Part shown: positions 25,854 to 37,259 of the stretch, one piece after another
Layout of the letters: each line of letters starts with the position of its first letter
Position numbering within the stretch: position 1 is the first letter of the stretch
Assembly (NCBI RefSeq): GCF_963921235.1
Contig: NC_086101.1
Span: forward strand, 4,590,001 to 4,654,000
Source: Mobula hypostoma
Taxonomy: Eukaryota
Length of the DNA: 64,000 bases
Direction: 5' to 3'
Made by a program: the position numbers and the translations under genes
Notes under the pieces: generated by a model
Database searches by the model: none
Told to the model about the DNA's origin: nothing
The model's input: only the letters and a program-made list of their open reading frames with translations

Positions 25854-26050
25854 CAACGTTCCCTCTATTTTTCTTTACAGCTGCGCCGACCAACCTTTGC
25901 TCTGAGCAGGATATTTTTACACGGCCTGAAAAATGAGCGGCGTTTTAATAAACATTTTATAAAAGAAAATTCCAGCTGCAGCACAACAAAGGCTATGTGC
26001 GTGGGAGCATTTCAGTCACGGTGCGGCCACGCAGCTTAGAGGGAACAGTG
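25854..26050. mobile_element. hAT-like MITE (197 bp) with 8-bp target-site duplication
   Basis: TIRs; flanks TCAGGTAA / TCAGGCAG inside a Penelope-associated repeat. Confidence 0.75.
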
Positions 26051-26523
26051 TCAGGCAGCCACTATGGAGAGAATAGACAACCGACGTCTTGGGCCGCGAT
26101 TCTTCATCAAGACTAGAAAGGAAAAGGGGCAGATGCCAGAATAAAAAAGTGGGGAGAGGGGGAGGAGGACAAGCTAGAACGTGACAGATGAAACCAGGGG
26201 GGTGGCAGAGGGGAGGAAGTGAGATGCTGGGTGATAGGTGAAAAAGGCAAAGGACTGGAGAAGAAAGAATCTGATAGGAGAGGAGAGTGGAATTGAGGAG
26301 AGAGGGAAGAAGGAAGAGTACCGGGGGAGGTGATAGGCAGGTGAGGAAAAGAGGTAAGAGGACAAGATGGAAGGTGATAGGTGAGACCAGGTGATGGGTC
26401 TCACACACACACATACACACACATACACACACAAAACACACACACACACCTGACAGAACTCAGCTGGTCAGGCAGCAACTTTTGTTTTCATAGCATCCAG
26501 ACAGATTATTCCGTACATGAGTA

Positions 26524-28090
26524 CAGTGCCTATAAAAAAGTATTCATATTCCACCCCCCCCCCCAGGAAGTATTCATGTTTTATTGTTTTACAGCATTGA
26601 ATCACAGTGGATTTAATATGGATTTCATGCCACCGATAAACAGAAAAGACTCCTTCATATAAAAGTTTCTTTCTTCAAATTGGTGTAAATTAATTACAAT
26701 TATTAAACACATAATAATTGATTCACCCCCTTCAAGTCAGTATTTAGTAGATGTACCTTTGGTAGCAATTACAGCCTTGAGTCTGTGAGGATAGGTCTCT
26801 ATCAGCTTTGCACATCTGGACACTGCAATTTTTCCCCATTCTTCTTTACAAAACTGCTCAAGCTCTGTCAGATTACATGGTGATTGTGAGTGAACAGCCT
26901 TTTCAAGTCCAGCCACGAATTCTCAATTGGATTGAGGTCTGGATTCTGACTTGGCCACTCCAGGACATTAACTTTGCTGTTTTTAAGTCATTCCTGTGTA
27001 GCTTTGGCTTTATTTTTGGGTTCATCGTCTTGCTGGAAAACAAATCTTCCGCCAAGTTGCAGTTCTTTGCAGACTGCATCAAGTTTTCCTCCAGAATTTC
27101 CCTGTATTTTGCTATGTTCACTTATCCCTCTAACTTCACAAGCCTTCCAGGGCCTGTTGCAGTGAAGCATCCCCACAGCATGATGCAGTCACCACCATGC
27201 TTCAGGTAGTAATGGTGTGTTTTTGAGGATGTGCAGTTTTTGGCTTATGCCAAACAGCATTTAGTCTGATGGCCAAAAAGCTCAGTTTTGGTTTCATCAG
27301 ACCATAGAACCTTCTTCCAGCTGACTTCAGAGTCTCCCGCATGCCTTCTGGCAAACTCAAGCCAAGATATCATGTGAGCTTTTTTCAACAGTGGCTTTCT
27401 CTTTGCTACTCTCCCATAAAGCTGTGACTGGTGAAGTACCCGGGCAACAGTTGTTGTATGTGCAGTTTCTGCCATCTCAGCCACTGAAGCTTGTAACTCC
27501 TCCAGAGCTGTCATAGGTCTCTTGGTGACCTCCCTCAGTAGTCCCCTTCTTGCACGGTCACTCAATTTTTGAGGACGGCCTGCTCTAGGCAGATTTACAA
27601 CTGTGCCATGTTCTTTCCATTTCTTGATGACTGACTTCACTGTACTCCGAGGGATATTCAGTGACTTGGACATTTTTTTGTGTCCATCTCCTGACTTGTG
27701 CTTTTCAATAACCTTTTTACGGAGTTGCTTGGAGTATTCTTTGTCCTCATGGTGTATTTTTTGCCAGGATACTGACTCACCAGCAGTTCAACCTTCCAGA
27801 TACAAGCGTATTTTTACTACAATCAGTTGAAACACCTTGACTGCACACAGGTGATCTCCATTTAACTAATTATGTGACTTCTAAACCCAACTGGCTGCAC
27901 CAGTGATGATTTGGTGTGTCATATTAAAGGGGGTGAATACTTATGCAATCAATTATTTTGTGTTAGATAACTTTGCAGAGATGTTTTTTCACTTTGACAT
28001 GAAAGAGTTTTTCTGTTGATCAGTGTCAAAAAAAGCCAAATTAAATCCACTTTGATTCAATGTTGTAAAACAATAAAATGTGAGAACTTC
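26524..28090 (-). mobile_element. Decayed Tc1-family DNA transposon with long (~200 bp) IR/DR-type inverted repeats
   Basis: TA|CAGTGCC left end; transposase remnants GRPQKLS, WKKVLWSDETK, FQQDDEPK from ATG at 27750; right IR 27929-28090 lacks its outer end; frameshifts and an internal deletion. Confidence 0.9.
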
Positions 28091-28314
28091 AAGAGACGGA
28101 GAGAAAATTTTAAAAAAAATTTAAAAACAGGACTGCTGAAGAGCCTCAGCCCAAAACGTTGACTGTTTACTCTTTCCCATAGATGCTGTCTGACCTACTG
28201 AATTCCTCCAGCATTTTAAGTGTTGCAAGAGAAAATGTGAGGGTTAGTCTATCTGTCACTCAATCAATTAATCAGTCAACCAATCTATTTATCCATCTAT
28301 CTCTATCATGATGT

Positions 28315-28340
28315 CTTTCTGTCTCCATCTCTCTCTCTCT

Positions 28341-28384
<44 letters not shown>

Positions 28385-28605
28385 TTCTCTCTCAATAGCT
28401 CTCTCTTTAGCTGTCTGCCTTCATCTCTGTATCTCTCTCTCTCTATGTCTCTTTATCATTTCCCTCTCTCTAGCTACTGCACCTCTCTGTATCTGTCTTT
28501 CTAACTCCTCTCTCTCTGTCTCTCTCCATCTCTATGTGTCTATCTCCTCTTCTCGGTCTCTCTTCATTTCTCCTTGTTTCTCTATCTCTCTCTCTCACTC
28601 TCTGA

Positions 28606-28637
<32 letters not shown>

Positions 28638-28645
28638 TACACACC
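28315..28645. repeat. Compound microsatellite (TA)n, (TC)n-rich, (CA)n
   Basis: Directly visible. Confidence 0.9.
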
Positions 28646-29257
28646 CCTCCCCAGCATTCACCCAGCCTGTTGGACCCTGATGCTGAAGTGATTCACAATA
28701 ACCTAATACAATTGCCTCCTCTATGCATCATCGGATGTTGTGGCAGTGGAGATCACCAGAAACCGGCTAGCACAGTTCTAATATCTGACTAGATATCAGC
28801 CGGGAACTTGGAGCAAATCAACCACTCGTGGCAGCTGCTCACTGTCAAAACCACTGGCTTCGTTCGGAACCAGGGATTGAACTGGTTCACACCTTGGTTG
28901 CGGGAGATCACGCCGGTTACATTGGAGTTGGGCTGGGCCCAGTATAACAATGGAATTACAAAGATGACGTGACAGTGGCTGTATTTCATTGTTACCAAAG
29001 ACGCCAGCAAATTTCTCCAGACGTACCATGGAGAGCATTTTGACTGGTTACATCAGCCATCATAGAATGGCAGAGGACTCGATGGGCTGAATGGCCTATG
29101 TCTTATGGCCTTATCCATCATAATTGCTGACAGAGGGGCCACTGCACAGGGTGGGAAAATGGCACAGAGGCTGGTGAAGTCAGTCAGCTCCTCCATGGGC
29201 ACTCAGCTCCATTTCTTGAAAAAGTAATGGCTCAGAAAAATGGCATCCATCGTCAAG

Positions 29258-29890
29258 GCCCCTTCACCCAGGACATGGTGACGATGGCCCCCTTCACCCA
29301 GGACATGGCCTCTTCTCATGGTGACGATGGCCCCTTCACCCAGGACATACCCTCTTCTCATGGTGACGATGGCCCCCTTCACCCAGGACATACCCTCTTC
29401 TCATGGTGACGATGGCCCCCTTCACCCAAGACATACCCTCTTCTCATGGTGACGATGGCCCCCTTCACCCAAGACATACCCTCTTCTCATGGTGACGATG
29501 GCCCCCTTCACCCAGGACATACCCTCTTCTCATGGTGACGATGGCCCCCTTCACCCAGGACATGGTCTCTTATGGTGACGATGGCCCCCTTCACCCAGGA
29601 CATACCCTCTTCTCATGGTGACGATGGCCCCCTTCACCCAAGACATACCCTCTTCTCATGGTGACGATGGCCCCCTTCACCCAGGACATACCCTCTTCTC
29701 ATGGTGACGATGGCCCCCTTCACCCAGGACATGGTCTCTTATGGTGACGATGGCCCCCTTCACCCAGGACATACCCTCTTCTCATGGTGACGATGGCCCC
29801 TTCACCCAGGACATGGTGACGATGGCCCCCTTCACCCAGGACATGGTGACGATGGCCCCCTTCACCCAGGACATGGCCTCTTCTCATGGT
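29258..29890. repeat. ~43-bp minisatellite (CCTTCACCCAGGACATACCCTCTTCTCATGGTGACGATGGCCC) inside a Rex/Babar-like LINE 3' fragment
   Basis: About 15 units including shortened variants; flanks resemble the LINE 3' end at ~58400-58560. Confidence 0.9.
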
Positions 29891-29987
29891 GCAGAAACCT
29901 AAAAATGCACACTCAACGTCTTAGGGACAGCTTCTTCTCCTCTGTCATCAGATTTATCAATGGACAACACTTCCTCATATTTTGCAT

Positions 29988-30590
29988 AAGTCAAGTCACT
30001 TTTTATTGTCATTTCGACCATAACTGCTGGTGCAGTACACAGTAAAAACGAGACAATGTTTATCAGGACCATAGTGCTACATGAACAATACAAAAACTAC
30101 ATTGAACTAGGTAAAAAAAACAACACAAAACTACACTAGACTACGGATCTACCCAGGACTGCATAAAGTGCACAAAACATTGCAGGCATTACAATAAATA
30201 ATAAACAAGACAATAGGCACAGTAGAGGGCAGTAGGTTGGTGTCAGTCCAGGCTCTGGGTATTGAGGAGTCTGATGGCTTGGGGGAAGAAACTGTTACAT
30301 AGTCTGGTCGTGAGAGCCCGAATGCTTTGGTGCCTTTTGCCAGATGGCAGGAGGGAGAAGAGTTTGTATGAGGGGTGTGTGGGGTCCTTCATAATGCTGT
30401 TTGCTTTACGGATGCAGCGTGTGGTGTAAAAGTCTGTAATGGTGGGAAGAGAGACCCCGATGATCTTCTCAGCTGACCTCACTATCCGCTGCAGGGTCTT
30501 GCAATCCGAGATGGTGCAATTTCCGAACCAGGCAGTGATACAGCTGCTCAGGATGCTCTCAATACAACTTCTGTAGAATGTGGTGAGGAT
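29988..30590 (-). mobile_element. Rex1/Babar-like LINE 3' fragment
   Basis: ORF 30243-30482 with KDPTHPS...LLPSGKR...NSFFPQAIRLLN; (TGACT)n tail. Confidence 0.85.
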
Positions 30591-30769
30591 TGAGGGGTTA
30601 CTGAACTTACTGAATTTTAAAATACTTATTTTTAATGTAATTTATAGCTTACTTTATGCACTGGGTTGTACTGCTGCTACAAAACAACATATTTTACAAT
30701 ATGTGTTGGAGTCTAGTATTTAGGAGAATGGGGGATCTAATGGAAACCCATCAAATATTGGAAGGTCTA

Positions 30770-31440
30770 CACAGAGTGGATGTGGAGAGGATGTTTCCTA
30801 CAGTGGGAGAGTCTAGGACCAGAGGGCACAGATAGAGTGGATGTGGAGAGGATGTTTCCTATAGTGGGGTGAGTCTAGGACCAGAGGGCACAGATAGAGT
30901 GGATGTGGAGAGGATGTTTCCTATAGTGGGAGAGTCTAGGACCAGAGGGCACAGATAGAGTGGATGTGGAGAGGATGTTTCCTATAGTGGGAGAGTCTAG
31001 GACCAGAGGGCACAGATAGAGTGGATGTGGAGAGGATGTTTCCTATAGTGGGAAGAGTCTAGGACCAGAGGGCACAGATAGAGTGGATGTGGAGAGGATG
31101 TTTCCTATAGTGGGAGAGTCTAGGACCAGAGGGCACAGATAGAGTGGATGTGGAGAGGATGTTTCCTATAGTGGGAGAGTCTAGGACCAGAGGGCACAGA
31201 TAGAGTGGATGTGGAGAGGATGTTTCCTATAGTGGGAGAGTCTAGGACCAGAGGGCACAGATAGAGTGGATGTGGAGAGGATGTTTCCTATAGTGGGAGA
31301 GTCTAGGACCAGAGGGCACAGATAGAGTGGATGTGGAGAGGATGTTTCCTATAGTGGGAGAGTCTAGGACCAGAGGGCACAGATAGAGTGGATGTGGAGA
31401 GGATGTTTCCTATAGTGGGGGAGTCTAGGACCAGGGGGCA
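30770..31440 (+). repeat. 61-bp near-perfect tandem repeat x~11 amplified from CR1 ORF2 (RVDVERMFPIVGESRTRG)
   Basis: Unit AGATAGAGTGGATGTGGAGAGGATGTTTCCTATAGTGGGAGAGTCTAGGACCAGAGGGCAC; embedded in a CR1 fragment spanning ~30722-31695. Confidence 0.95.
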
Positions 31441-32094
31441 GAGACTCAGAATAGAGGGATGTCCAGTTAGAACAGTGAGGAGGAATTTCTTTAGCCAGAA
31501 TGTGGTGAATCTGTGGAATTCAGTGCCACTGACAGCGTGGAGGTCAAGTTATTGGGTTTATTTAAAGTGGAGGTTGATATGTTCTTGATCCGTCAGTGTC
31601 AAAGGTTACAGGGAGAAGGCAGGAGAATGGGGATGATAAATCAGCCATCATGGAATGGCAGAGCAGACTTGATGGTCCGAATGGCCTAATTCTGCTCTGA
31701 GGGTGTGGTGCTATAGTCTGATTTTGATTCTGTTTCTAAAGGTAATGGGGGGGGGGCTTCATTTATATACTTAATAGTTTGTGTCAGTGATGCAGCCAAG
31801 GCCAAATGTATTGTCCAGCTGCAAGGTGCCCAGTTAAACTGGCACAACGATTCAGCTGGTAGTGTTGCAAGGTGCCCATCTAAACTGGCACGATTCACCG
31901 GGTAGTGCTGCAAGGTGCCCAGCTAAACTGGCACAACGATTCACCTAGTAGTGCTGCCACCTCCAGCATCTCGTGTTCAGCCACTGATCACTGGAGTGTG
32001 TGGAACTTGCACGGTCCCCCTTGTGGATTTCATTCCCGGGCTTGGTTTCCTCCACATCCCAAAGACGTGCAGGTTGATCGCTGTGAATTGCCCG

Positions 32095-33480
32095 TAGAGT
32101 CTGTGTGGGGTAGGATGGAAGTAGAGTCTGTGTGGGGTAGGATGGAAGTAGAGTCTGGGTGGGGTGGGACGGAGGTAGTGTGGGGGTGGGGTGGAGGTAG
32201 AGTGGGGGTGGGTGGGACAGAGGTAGAGTCTGGCGGGGTGGGACGGAGGTAGAGTGGGGGTGGGGTGGAGGTAAAGTGGGGGCGGGGTGGGAGGGAGGTA
32301 GAGTGGGGGTGGGTGGGAGGGAGGTAGAGTGTGTGACGGGTTGGGACGGAGGTAGAGTGTGGAATGGGGTGGGATGGAGGTAGAGTGGGGGCGGGGTAGG
32401 ACGGAGGTAGAGTGGGGGTGGGGTGGAGGTAGATTGGGGGTGGGGTGGGACGGAGGTAGTGGGATGGAGGTAGAGTGTGTGACGGGGTGGGACAGAGGTA
32501 GAGTGGGGGCGGGGTGGAGGTAGAGTGGGGGCGGGGTGGGAGGGAGGTAGAGTGTGTGACGGGGTGGGGCGGAGGTAGAGCGGGGGTGGGGTGGGGTGGA
32601 GCTAGAGTGGAGGTAGAGTGGGGGTGGAGCTAGAGTGGAGGTGGAGTGGGGGTGGGGTGGGACGGAGGTAGAGTGGGGGTGGGATGGAGGTAGAGTGGGG
32701 GCGGGGTGGGAGGGAGGTAGAGTCTGGGTGGGGTGGAGGTACAGTGGGGGTGGGTGGGATGGAGGTAGAGAGTGTGAAGGGGTGGGACGGAGGTAGAGTG
32801 GAGGTAGAGTGGGGGTGGGGGTGGGGTGGGATGGAGGTAGAGTGTGGAACGGGGTGGGACGGAGGTATAGTGGGGGTGGGGTGGGATGGAGGTAGAGTGG
32901 GGGTGGGGTGGGACGGAGGTAGAGTGTGGAACGGGGTGGGACGGAGGTATAGTGGGGGTGGGGTGGGATGGAGGTAGAGTGGGGGTGGGGTGGGACAGAG
33001 GTAGGGTGTGGGACGGGGTAGGACGGAGTTAGAGTGGGGGTGGGGTGGGATGGAGGTAGAGTGGAGGTAGAGTGGGGGTGGGTTGGGACGGAGGTATAGT
33101 GGGGGCGGGGTGGGAGGGACGTAGATTGTGGAACGGGGTGGGGCGGAGGTAGAGTGGGGGTGGGGTGGGATGGAGGTAGAGTCTGGCGGGGTAGGACGGA
33201 GGTATAGTGGAGGTAGAGTGGGGGTGGGGTGGGAGGGAGGTAGAGTGGGGGTGGGGTGGAGGTAGAGTGGGGACGGGGTAGGACGGAGGTAGGGTGTGTG
33301 ACGGGGTGGGACGGAGGTACAGTGGGGGTGGGGTGGGACGGAGGTAGAGTGTGGGACGGGGTGGGACGGAGGTACAGTGGGGGTGGGGTGGGATGGATGT
33401 AGAGTGGAGGTGGGGTGGGACGGAGGTAGAGTAGGGGTGGGGTGGGGTGGGATGGAGGTAGAGTCTGGCGGGGTGGGATG
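32095..33480 (+). repeat. G-rich degenerate tandem array (GGAGGTAGAGTGGGGGTGGGGTGGGA..)
   Basis: Directly visible; dense G3+ tracts. Confidence 0.9.
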
Positions 33481-35634
33481 AGAAGATGCAGAGCATAAAA
33501 GTAAATACAGAACTGGTGTAAATGGGTTATCTGATGGTTAGACTAGAATCGTTGGGCCGAGGGGCCTTTTTTTGCTTTGGAATTTTAGGATATACCTGCA
33601 AAAATGTACCCTGCCTTGAACACTCGTGTCTTGGTGGTTGGAGGAAATTATCGGGGGAGGTCAGATTTAAGTTTTCTTTCACACAGAGAGCAGTGACATT
33701 AGAGCATTCGGCTCCCCATTCCATCATGGCTGATTTATTATCCCTCTCCACCCCTTTCTCCCGCCTTCTCCCTGTGGGAGATTCACGGCAGCAAATGGAC
33801 AAAGTAAATATGGAGAGGGTTCTTCTCCAGGAGCGGATCTATGACAAGGTGTGTGTGTGTGTGTGTGGGGGGGGGACATTTTCACTACAAGGGGGTTGTC
33901 CCTTTGAAATGCAATGGGGTGGAATTTGTTCATATGGGGGTTCATGTAGCGGGCGCGCCTAATCGCCGCAGTTCTGTACTCGCTGGCGTTTAGAAGAACG
34001 AGGTGTGTGTGTGGCGTCTCATTGGCACTTATCGAATATTGAGAGGCCTGGATATAGTGGGTGCGGGCAGGTGTTTCCTATGTCGGGAGAGTGCACGGCC
34101 TCGGAATAGAAGGGCATACATTCTGAACAAAAATGAGGCAGAATTTCTTTAGCCAGCGCCTGATGAATCTGTGGAATTCATTGCCACAGACGGCTGTGGA
34201 GCCCAAGTCATTGGTTATATTTATTCTTGATTAGTCAGGGTGTGAAATAAATCAGACATGGTGGAACGACGGAGGAGACTCGAAGGGCCAAATGGGGTAA
34301 TTCTTCTCCTGTGGTGTTACGGCGAATCTTTTTCAGTTGTCTCCCCCGAGATCTGGAGAAGAGGCCGACACAGGTCCAATAGAATGGAGGGTAGGAGGAT
34401 GGGGCTGAGATTTGGGTCAGTCAGTCCTCATCCTGATGAAGGGAGCAACGAAGTCGAGGGGCCGAACGGTTGACTTCTTTATGAACCTGACTCCCTGGAG
34501 AAGAGATCTCCGTTGGCGGTGGAGGAGAGACGCGACAGTGGCCGGGTTTGGAAGATGACGACTGTCTCCGAGGGGTCTGGACGTCCAGTGTAAAGTCACC
34601 AGAAATTTCAAGGCGACCGCAGCCTTCGGCAGACGGAGGCGAACCCGGAGTCGCAACAAGGAATTGACAAATGTTGCGTGTGTTCTGAGCGCGCAGGACA
34701 TTCTGTTTCGAGAATAGATCCAGTGATGGGATACATACAGATACTTTGTTTCCTCTGAACCCGAAGTTCCGATCCTCAAGGTTCAATTAACAATGTAACA
34801 ATTCAGGGCCAGCTCCTCTGTACCGGGAACGCGGCGACAAAGTTGCATTGTCACCGTGAAGATGGTGAACGTTCCGTGCAGCTCCTCGCAAGGATCGGAA
34901 TGTGCTTTCAAGTTTGAATATTCTGAGAATGGATAAAGAAATACTTTGTTTAACAGATGTCCTTGCGTCAACTGCAGTGCAACATCTTTCCTGGCAAGCG
35001 GTGACCACACACCAACGCCGATTGAACTGCGACATTGCACAGGCCACGGCTACAATATTGTCCCTGACACGCAACATGGCCCAATAAAAAAAACGGCCGT
35101 ACGTATTGCTGTGGATCTCGACATGCTCATATACTGTCGAGCTTGCCCTCCCGGTGAAGTGCGCCCGGTTCCCGGTAGCCAACCATTTTAATCCCAATCC
35201 CCATCGTCATGTCGGTCCACGGCCTTCTCGTCATTCATTCTCAGGATGGAGGAGCAACAACTCAGATTAGCCTCCCACCTGATGGCTTTAACTTTGATTT
35301 CTCTTTCCGGTAATTTTCCCTCCCCCTTTCCTCTTCTTCTGTTCCCCACTCCGACCTTTTACCCCATCACCTCCCCGTGGTGCCCCTCCTCCTTCCCTTT
35401 CTCCCACTGTCCACCCTCCTCTCCAGCCCCTTACCTATTCCACCAATCTCCTCCCAGCTTCCTACTTATCTCCTTCCCCTACTCACCTGGCTTCACCTAT
35501 CACCTGCCAGACTGTCCTCCTTCCACCCTCACATCTTATTCTGACTTCTACCCCGTCCCGTCCTCTCATGAAGTTTGTTGTTCTGTGGCAGCAGTACACT
35601 GCAATACATAATAATTTTTAAACTTTTTTGAACA

Positions 35635-35850
35635 ATCCTCCTAAACTGTGGAATTCAATACCTAGAGCGATAAGGGATGCAGACTCAGTGACAGTTATAA
35701 ACGCCAGCTCAAAATCTATTTATTTAACCTTGCTTTTAACTAACTTCTTTATGTCTTCTATTTTCACGTTTGTACTTTTGCCCCATTGTAAACCACTTTG
35801 AACTACCTCGTCTGCATGAGAAGTGTCTATAAATCAGTCATTGTTATTAA
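35635..35850 (+). mobile_element. L2-like LINE 3' end
   Basis: PKLWNSIPRAIRDADSV translation and a TGTAAA..ACTTTG...CTATAAAT 3' motif. Confidence 0.55.
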
Positions 35851-36359
35851 CATCTCCCCTTGCTCCAGTTCAGGATGTCCACAAGTATTTCAGAATCAGA
35901 ATCAGATTTATCATCACCGGCATGCGTTGTGAAATTTGTTAACTTAGCAGCAGCAGTTCAATACAATACATCATCTAGCAGAGAGAGAGAGAAAAATAAT
36001 AAAGCATAATAATAAATAAACAAGTAAATCAATTACGTATATTGAATAGATTATTTTAAAATGTGCAAAAACAGAAATATTGTATATTTTTTAAAAAGTG
36101 AGGTAGTGTCGAAAGCTTCAATGTCCATTTAGGAATCGGATGGCACTGGGGAAGAAGCTGTTCTTGAATCACTGAGTGTGTGCCTTCAGGCTTCTGTACC
36201 TCCAACCTGATGGTAACAGTGAGAAAAGGGCATGCCCTGGGTGCTGGAGGTACTTAATAATGGACACTGCCTTTCCAAGACTGACTATTCGTAGCTATTT
36301 TATATCTAACAGAAAGATGCTCACTGGTCCTGAACTGCCCCCCCCCCCGCCCGACCCCG

Positions 36360-37075
36360 CCACTGACATGTCAACCACTTGCCCAGGCTCATTTCCTGAG
36401 AGGAGGTCAAGTGTGACCCCTTCTCTAGTCGAGCATCTGCACGTTGCTTGTGAAACCATTCCAGACCACACTCACAAATCCTACCCTGTCAGATCCCTCA
36501 GCAGTCCTAGTCCTATGATACTTTTTGCATTGAAATATACACAACTCAGGACCCTAGTTACACCATGCTCAACCTTTTGATTCCTAACTTTGTCTGAGGT
36601 CTTACCAACATCTGCCTCCACAACCTCTCCACGAACTGTTCTGCTACTCTGGTTCCCATCCCCCTACAACTCCAGTTTAAACTCCACTGTGCAGCATTAA
36701 CAAACCTCCCTGCCAGGATATTATTCCCCCTCCAGTTCAGATGCAAACTGTCCCTTCTGTACAGGTCCCACCTTCCCTGGAAGGAGCCCAATGATCCAAA
36801 ATTCTTATGCCCTCCCTCCTACACCAACTCCTTAGCCACGTATTAAACTGTATAATCTTCCTAGTTCTGACTTCACTAGCATGTGGTATGGGTAGCAATC
36901 CTAAGATCACAACCCTGGTGGTCCTGTCCTTTAACTTAGCACCAAACTCCCTGAACTCACTATGCATAACCTCATTATTCATCCTTCCAATGTCATGGGT
37001 AACTATATGGACCATGACTTCTGGCGATTCGCCATCCCACTGAAAAATGCTGAGGACACAATGCAAGATTTCCAT
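36360..37075 (-). mobile_element. Decayed CR1 fragment of a second subfamily spanning the ORF1 esterase C-terminus, ORF1/ORF2 junction and endonuclease start
   Basis: PEVMVHIVTHDI, DSLHLNWRG (ORF1); LSCVYFNAKSI (ORF2 start) in the -1 frame. Confidence 0.85.
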
Positions 37076-37259
37076 ATGTATTGTTTTCAGTCGCAGACTC
37101 ATAAACCACCTTACTGAAGTGACTTTGATTTTCCTGAAAACAAAGTGGGGAAGAAAATCTTCCAGACAAATAGAAACATAGAAAATAGGTGCAGGAGTAG
37201 GTCATTCGGCCCTTCGAGCCTGCACCGCCATTTATTATGATCATGGCTGATCATCCAAC

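Noticed and set aside
32684..33496. Gly/Trp- or Pro/His-rich ORFs (also 44140-44382, 45832-46113, 62090-63226)
   Set aside because: Translations of tandem repeats.
34423..34460. CTGATGA...GAAGTC as a hammerhead ribozyme
   Set aside because: No GAAA box and no pairable stem II.
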